From Balamuthia mandrillaris (Eukaryota), in NCBI GenBank assembly GCA_031835245.2, contig JAVKOQ020000079.1, forward strand, positions 176,321 to 196,320: a stretch of DNA of 20,000 bases, given 5' to 3'. The number at the start of each line of letters is the position of its first letter. The first letter of the stretch is position 1. Positions 10,690 through 17,511 of this stretch are shown here, one piece after another. The position numbers were made by a program, and so were the translations under genes. Below the pieces are notes generated by a model. The model searched no databases and was not told the DNA's origin. It saw only the letters and a list, made by a program, of their open reading frames with translations.

Positions 10690-11892
10690 CTATTCTTCCG
10701 TTTTTTTAGTGCAGCGGTAAGGATAGTAGTTGGTAGCTGGTCCTAAATGGTCCAGCCACTCCAATGTTGCCATTTCTGTGCCTGCTCTTGCTTCTGCTTC
10801 TGCTTCTGCTTCGCTGGTGTTTTCGTTGTGAGCATTGCTTCCTGTACCACCACAACACTCTGCCGTTGACAAACAACACAATAAAGCCCTGTCTTTATGA
10901 ACAAAGTCATCGTCAGGCTGTTCAGCGCCGCTGCGAAAGACCGAACAGTTATGAAAGCAGCCAAATCGATAACAGCACCACACACGCTCATAGAATCCAA
11001 GCTGGAGTAGCCAACGAGGTCGGCTGTTTGGCTGATGGCTAGAATTGCCATCCTGCCCCAAACACACATAGTCGGCCACCGTGAAACCACAACGGGTGCA
11101 GGTCAGGGCTGGCGTCTTCTTCCTTATCGGTGGCAACTGATCCCAATAGCTGTCTATCTCCTCCTCTTTCGCCTCTCCGTCTTCTTTCGGTTGTTGAGAA
11201 GGAGAGTGGAGCTTTTCCAGCGCTGTGTAAAGCGTCGTTGGTGCAGAAGGCGGCGAGTAGATCATTAACTCCAAGTGCGTAGCTTCGATTTCCAGCTGCT
11301 TTCGTTTCTCAGGGTCACGCTCATAGGCCTTACAACAGCAGGCCGGTGCTCCCACTGATCCACACCCCAAAGGGCAAAATAACTGTTTGCTGTTGGCATC
11401 CCATACTAGGTAGCACCCGCAGCCGGTAGGTTCTGGTACTGGTGGCTCTTGCTCAGGTTCTCCTTCCTCGTCAGGAAAGCTCGTAATAGGCTCCCAATGG
11501 CGCACAGTATGAGGCGGGCGATGGCCTTGGCAGCGAAAGCCTCCAACACACCACTTACACCGCCCACAGGTGAAGGTCGGCAGCGGTGGGTTCTCTAATA
11601 GATAATGCAGCAGCTTTTTCCAGTTGGGTTGTTGTTTTATACCTGTTGCTTTCTCCAGAGTAGATAAAAGACCCACACCAGAAGATAGCAGTTTTGTCTT
11701 TGCTGCTTGCTCTGGAAGTGTTAGTGTGCTGGTTTTCTTTCCTCCAAAGGCGAAACAAGTCAGCTCAACAGCAACAAGGTCGCATGCATTGAGCACTGGA
11801 CAAGTTAGTACATTGAGAAGAAGCTCCGGGGGTAACCAGAACAAAAGGGAAGTGGTGGTCTCATTCAAGACGTTTCTTGTTATTTCTTCCAT
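10690..11892 (-). CDS. F-box-like protein with Cys/His-rich C-terminal region, ~400 aa, apparently intronless
   Basis: N-terminal LLFWLPPELLLNVLTCPVLNACDLVAVELTC matches an F-box start (LP.E.L..I/V). Many CxxC/CxC clusters follow. First ATG is at 11892 (MEEITRN); the ORF-track start at 11907 is a TTG. Confidence 0.65.
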   Translation of the reverse strand: MEEITRNVLNETTTSLLFWLPPELLLNVLTCPVLNACDLVAVELTCFAFGGKKTSTLTLPEQAAKTKLLSSGVGLLSTLEKATGIKQQPNWKKLLHYLLENPPLPTFTCGRCKWCVGGFRCQGHRPPHTVRHWEPITSFPDEEGEPEQEPPVPEPTGCGCYLVWDANSKQLFCPLGCGSVGAPACCCKAYERDPEKRKQLEIEATHLELMIYSPPSAPTTLYTALEKLHSPSQQPKEDGEAKEEEIDSYWDQLPPIRKKTPALTCTRCGFTVADYVCLGQDGNSSHQPNSRPRWLLQLGFYERVWCCYRFGCFHNCSVFRSGAEQPDDDFVHKDRALLCCLSTAECCGGTGSNAHNENTSEAEAEAEARAGTEMATLEWLDHLGPATNYYPYRCTKKTEE

Positions 11893-12173
11893 TTGACAAC
11901 TTTTCAATGGGACATCGAAAAATTACCCAAAATTTTTTTTTAAACCGAACTTATCAAGTACCCTACATATTACTCTTTCCTTATTTGATTTGGGTCAACC
12001 AAACACAGCACTGTTTGTGCACACGAGCTGCACGTTTCCTGATGAGCCCTAGTGATAGAAGTCTGGCCATTCACCTCAGCAGCAGCTTGGGTAACATCAT
12101 TAGCTTGCTTTGTTTTATACTTTTTCATTTCAGTATTCTTCTTTTCTTGCTGGCTTCTCAGCAGTAGCTCTGA

Positions 12174-12189
12174 AGGGTTAGGGTTAGGG
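12174..12189 (+). repeat. Short interstitial telomere-like tract AGGG(TTAGGG)2
   Basis: Sequence AGGGTTAGGGTTAGGG read directly at 12174-12189. Confidence 0.8.
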
Positions 12190-12308
12190 GCGGGTACTCA
12201 GAACCTACAGCATTCAACTCCCCATGGTCCATTCTATAAAACTCTAAGTCTATAAGTCCAACGGATAAAGTGGGGCAAAGTAGCAATTTTTTCAATTTTC
12301 TCATAGGA

Positions 12309-12325
12309 ATATATATATATATATA
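12309..12325. repeat. (AT)8 microsatellite immediately downstream of the recombinase-Myb stop codon
   Basis: ATATATATATATATATA at 12309-12325; the minus-strand TAG stop is at 12328-12330. Confidence 0.85.
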
Positions 12326-12327
12326 AT

Positions 12328-13821
12328 CTAACTGGATATAATCATAATATCATCATCATCATCATCATCATCATTCTCCTTTGTTTCTTCCTCTTCATCC
12401 AAGATGGATATGACTGTAGTGGTAGTAGTAGAAGTAGGAGATGATGGGAGGGAAGCATGGTTGTCATCCGGTGTGTCAAAGTCCTCATCATGGGCCACCA
12501 AGTATTTGTCTTTTAAAGCATCGAGATTGTTGAAGAATTCTGTGAGGAGATTGCGCCATTTGTCATAGCAATCATTGTTGGTTCGGCGTTGGGTAGGCAA
12601 GTGTTTGGCAATCTCCAACCAAGACCATCCATCACGCAAGCGCCAAGTGACAAGTCTACGGATTTCTGGTGTCTGCCAAGCAATCCGTTGTCGATGACCA
12701 TTCTTCTGATATTTGAGTCGATTGGATAACATTTGTTGTCGCTGCTGAAGTGCTCTGCGAACTCGTTGTCGTGGTGGTGTTTTTTCTTTTGAGTTATGAT
12801 TCCTTTCATCATCATCATCGTTATCATCGTTTTTTTTCAGAACATCATCATTAGGAAAAGTAGGTAAGAATGGCTGCTCTTGATGACGAGAGGTGAGGAA
12901 TGCTTTGTGAATGGGTGATCCGTTGACCAACTTGGGAAGTACAGGAGCTACAAACTCATCCACCAGCTCATTCAAGCCACTGAAAAAACCTTGTAGAATG
13001 CCAGAGATATGTTGACGGCAAAGCTGACGATGAATATTGGGCCAACGAAGAGGAGATTTGTTTTTGGCCGCATAAGTTGCTGCAGCTTCAGCTAACACAT
13101 CCTTGTCAAACTCATCTTTGTCTACCCAAGCAGTACAACATTCAAGCCACAAGGAGCGATAAAATCGTATTTGTTGATCTTTGGTTGGTAAATCTGTTCG
13201 TTTCATGAAACTAAAGAAGCAGTGTAAAAGAAAGAAAAAGAAAGAAAAAGAGAAAAAGAGAAAAAGAAAGAATGAGAAAGAAAGAAAGAAAGAAAAAGAG
13301 ACAAAAAACAAAGTGTGAATAAATGATGCAATGTCAAAAGAAGAACAAATAGACCAACACCAATCCATCAGAACAATTATTGTTTAGACCATGAATGTTG
13401 TTGCTGCTACAATAAACCTCTGCGTTCGAGCTGAGCGCTGAGTCTAAAGGTGCATTTTTGAATGCAAACAAGCAAGCAAGCAAGCAAACAAACAAGCCAT
13501 GACTGAATAGATTGATAGATAGTGGTAGATACCATCCAAACAAAACAAACCAGCAAACAAACAAACCAACAAACAAACAACAACAAGCAAAGGGCAACAA
13601 AAAAAAAACAAACAAACAAACAAACAAACAAACAAACCGTTGGCGAACAGCATGGATAAAACTCTGATAGTTGGTATCTGCAGACCACTTGGATTGTTGC
13701 AAAGCCTCTGGGGATAGATTGTGAAATGCTTCTTTGGTAACTAGCTCTGGAGCAATCACTGCAAGGGAGTGAGGATAAAAAAAACCACAAAGAGAAAAAG
13801 TAAGCACAGGTGGTTTATAGA

Positions 13822-13862
<41 letters not shown>

Positions 13863-14686
13863 AAGAAAAAACAAAAGAAAAACAAAAAATCAGATGAATA
13901 ACAAACCACAATGTCGAGGCCCAGGAGAATGATGATCAGCAGCAGCAGCAGAAGAAGAAGAAGAAGAAGAAGAAGAAGAAGAAGAAGAAGGATGAAGGGT
14001 GGTAACATTGCTAACCAAGCGATTGGCCACAATAGCACGTTTTAATGTATCCTTGACGTAGACTTGCTGAGATCTACCACGAGGTACCCAACCTGCGATA
14101 AGGGCAGTGGTATCCAGTACATTGTTCTGACTATGCCCTTCCTGCAGTCCCTCCAAGATCAAGGCAGTGCAAAGGAAGCCAGCACGTAAGGAGTGAAAGG
14201 AGAATAACCCTTCAGGATAACCAGCCCGAACAGCGCGGTCTTGCAGCTTGGCATTCAAAGTATCGCGTGACCATCCCCATAATGATGTTTGTTTTTGTTT
14301 GTCTGTCAAGCACCAGTTGTGAAACTCTCGCAAATCCAAACCATGCTTGCACAGCAGATGCTTGTTTAGCCAGTAAATAAAATCTCCAAGACAAACTCCA
14401 GCGGTTGATGTTGTTGATGCAGCAGCGGTCGTGATGGTAGAGGTGGTAGTAGTGGTGCTAAGTGGCAATGAGGATAACGGGGATGGTGATGATGAAGATA
14501 TTCCTCCTGGTGGTGGTGGTGGTGGTGGTGGTGGTGGTGTTAAATAACCTTCAAAAGTAACGACATGATTCCAATGATTTGGTATTCCTTTGGTGACTTG
14601 TTGGCGCAAAGAAAGGAAATAAAGAGGAGGAGAAAAGGCATCCTCTTGGTGGTGACAGCTGATGTTGCTGCTGCTGCTGCTGCGGC

Positions 14687-14732
<46 letters not shown>

Positions 14733-15076
14733 ATTGTTGTTGTTGGAAAAGGAGGATGAAAGTTTAGGTCGAAATGCCACAATATCACCCAAACGAATGT
14801 TTGCTGCTGTAATGGCTCTGGCACCAGTACAAACACTGTGTAACCAACAACTGGCTTCACCAGCTTTGCTCACCAGTCCATCTGGAGTGGATGCGATGAT
14901 ATGCAAGACGTCATCCAGCAAACAAGCATCTTTGCACAATTGTTTGCTAGAACAGGAGGGTTTGGCTCTTTTGCAATGCCGAATGGCCTGTTTGACTTGA
15001 TCTTTGATGGCATCCATTTGGTTCTTTAGCAACAACAAGTAGGCATGATCTGTTGCCATCATTGCTGTCGTGCGTC

Positions 15077-15128
<52 letters not shown>

Positions 15129-16376
15129 AGTGACACCATCACCAAGAAGGGTTTTGGATAGAGGAGAAGCATTCCTGCTGGTTGTGGTGATAATAGAAGT
15201 AGGTGATGATGCTGGGGATGAAGAGATGGAAGAAACAGAGGAAGTGGAGGAGGAGGAGGAGGAGGAGGAGGAGGAGGAGGCAGCAAGGGTATCAAGCTGT
15301 TGTTGGATACTTTCATCATGCAAACGATAAAGACTGGCAATCATGACATCACGCACAGAGCTCAAGGCATACCCCACATCCAAAATCAACCATTGAACAA
15401 AGGCTCCTACATTATGGCGTTGGAGATTCAAAGGAAGAGCTGGCAAACATTGATGATGTGCACAATGCGCTTCCCAGATGGCCAAAGTCCAAGCATGTTT
15501 ACGTTGGGTCGAAGGGCTCCATCGACTCGTCACTGCTGTCAACTCTGTCCAGCGCTCTTCTGACAAATGGTTCATCAATGTGATAGCACGAGAAAGACGT
15601 CTGCCAGCACCATCACCACCGTTACGACTACTGCTGCCATGTGTGGTATCATCAGTATTATCATTTGCTGTTCTAGCTCCAATATGTTGGTTATCTCTTT
15701 TCTTCTTTTCTTGTTTTTCTTCTTTGTGTTTTTCTTTATCTTCTTCTTCTTCTTCTTCTTCTTCTTCTTCTTTGTCGTCGGTCAACAACAACAAATCTAT
15801 CAACGTTGGTGTGGCTGTTGTTTTACTTGTTGCATCTATATCTGTTTCTGCTCCTCCTCCTCCTCCGTCTAATGAGGATGATGATAATGACAATAAATTA
15901 CAATTGCTACCGCTATCCATAACATCTTCATTGTTCTCAAAGACAAAGGACTCTGAATTTGTTGAAGAAGAAGAAGAAGAAGAAAAAGAAGAAGAAGAAG
16001 AAGAAGCAAATGAAGAAGAAGAACCAGAAGAAGAAATCATCCTTTTCGGTTGTTGTTGTCGTGGTTGTGTTTGGGTTGTTGATGCTGTGGTGGTAATAGT
16101 GGCGGTGGTGGTGGCGGTGGTGGTGGTGGTGGTAGATGAAAAGGGTGATGCAGAAAAAGGAGGTGAACAGAGTTCTGCAGGGTTATCAACAGTAGCAATA
16201 ACTGGAGCAGAATCAAGGGTGGTAGCTGATGGTGGTGTTTTTAACCAATAATGATCCAAAAACTGCTTGCGAATGAAAGAGCGAGAGTCCAGAGCCTGAT
16301 AGGGAGGCAAGTGATGATAGAGAGATGTTGTGGATAAGGATGATGATGATGATGATGATGATATTGAGACAATCAT
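12328..16376 (-). CDS. Tyrosine recombinase (Cre/DIRS/Crypton-type) fused to a C-terminal Myb/SANT domain; spliced, >=1160 aa
   Basis: Exons 16376(or 16522)-13907, 13758-13638, 13443-13418 (26 nt) and 13193-12328 join via GT-AG introns 13759-13906 (phase 1), 13444-13637 (phase 2) and 13194-13417 (phase 1); total 3483 nt = 1161 codons. Core-binding-like region SPSTQRKH..WEAHC..LPALP..VGAFVQWL...GYALSSVR. Catalytic residues: TGAR (R 14817-14819), VTKG (K 14589-14591), FHSLRAG (14184-14195), AGW (W 14088-14090), QVY (Y 14058-14060). Myb: WQTPEIRRLV..W.W.EIAKHLP..RRTNNDCYDKWRNLL (~12544-12690). The frame is open upstream to an acceptor at 16523, so a possible first exon 16711-16678 would give 1220 aa. 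Confidence 0.85.
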
Positions 16377-16533
16377 TATTTCATCATCCTCTTCTTTTGC
16401 TGCTGTTGCTACTATTGTTTTTGCTACTGCTACTTCTTTGTTGTTGTTGTTGTTGTTGTTGTTATTGTTGTTGTTTATTGGTGGAGGTTGGTCAAAGGCA
16501 GCAGGAATAGATAGATTATCTTCTGTTTGTTAA

Positions 16534-16565
<32 letters not shown>

Positions 16566-16707
16566 ATAGTAGACACAAACACAAACAACAAATTGTGAAA
16601 CAAAAGAAACAAGAAGTTAGTAATTGAGGATGAATGAATAAAGAGATGATAAAACTAAATGAGAACTATGTGGTTACTTGTTTTGTTTTTCCTTTTCTTT
16701 CCTAAAA

Positions 16708-17038
16708 TCATTTTCTTTCTTTCTCTTTTTTTTCCTTTTTCATTTTTATAATTGCCTTTTCATACTCAGTTGTCTTTTTTTGTTGCCTATCTATTATTTA
16801 CAACAACAATCACTACTATTACTCACTTACTCTCACTCAGCACTCTTAACCATTATTACCATCACCACCATTATTACTTTACTATTCAGCTATCTATCCA
16901 TTGTTTAACCAATATTATTACCATCAACCAACCAACCAACCAACCAACTCAAGCTATCACTCAACTAACCAACAAATATAAAAAGAGAAAGAGATCACCT
17001 GCCTGTGTTACGGCGTTGTGAACGAGTTGTGGCTCCTT

Positions 17039-17077
<39 letters not shown>

Positions 17078-17474
17078 TAGATGACGCAGCCACAGCAGCA
17101 GCAGCACTTTGCAAAGATGATTTGGCTGCAGCAGTAGCAATAGCCTTTTGGGCAGCAGCTGCAGCCTTGCGCGTAGATTTGTTGCTAAGGCTCTTGGATG
17201 CACTTGTGTTTTCCTCTCCTTTCTGTTTTTCTGCTTCTTTTTCTCCAGCTTTTGCTTCTTCTTCTTCTTCTACTTCTTCTTCTGCTTCCTCCTCTTCTTC
17301 TTTTTCTTCTTCTTCTTCCTTGTCTCTGCTAGCATCTTTGCTTCTCTGTTCCTCTTCTTTTTCTTTTTCTTTTTCTTTTTCTTTTTCTTTTTCTTCTTCT
17401 TCTTCTTCTTCTTCTGCTGTTGCTGCTGCTTGTTTAGCTGGGTCACTAGCAGTTTGCTTTGATACTAAAACAAT

Positions 17475-17511
<37 letters not shown>

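Noticed and set aside
12174..12189. True chromosome end or telomere
   Set aside because: Fewer than three repeat units, with genes continuing on both sides.
14010..14015. Alternative splice donor GTTAGC right after the YR catalytic domain
   Set aside because: It is phase 0 while the next good acceptor (13759) is phase 1. The donor at 13906 gives a consistent frame.
13334..14038. 234-aa and overlapping hydrophobic minus-strand ORFs resembling membrane proteins
   Set aside because: Mostly translated intronic tetranucleotide repeats; only 13758-13638 and 13443-13418 fit as exons.
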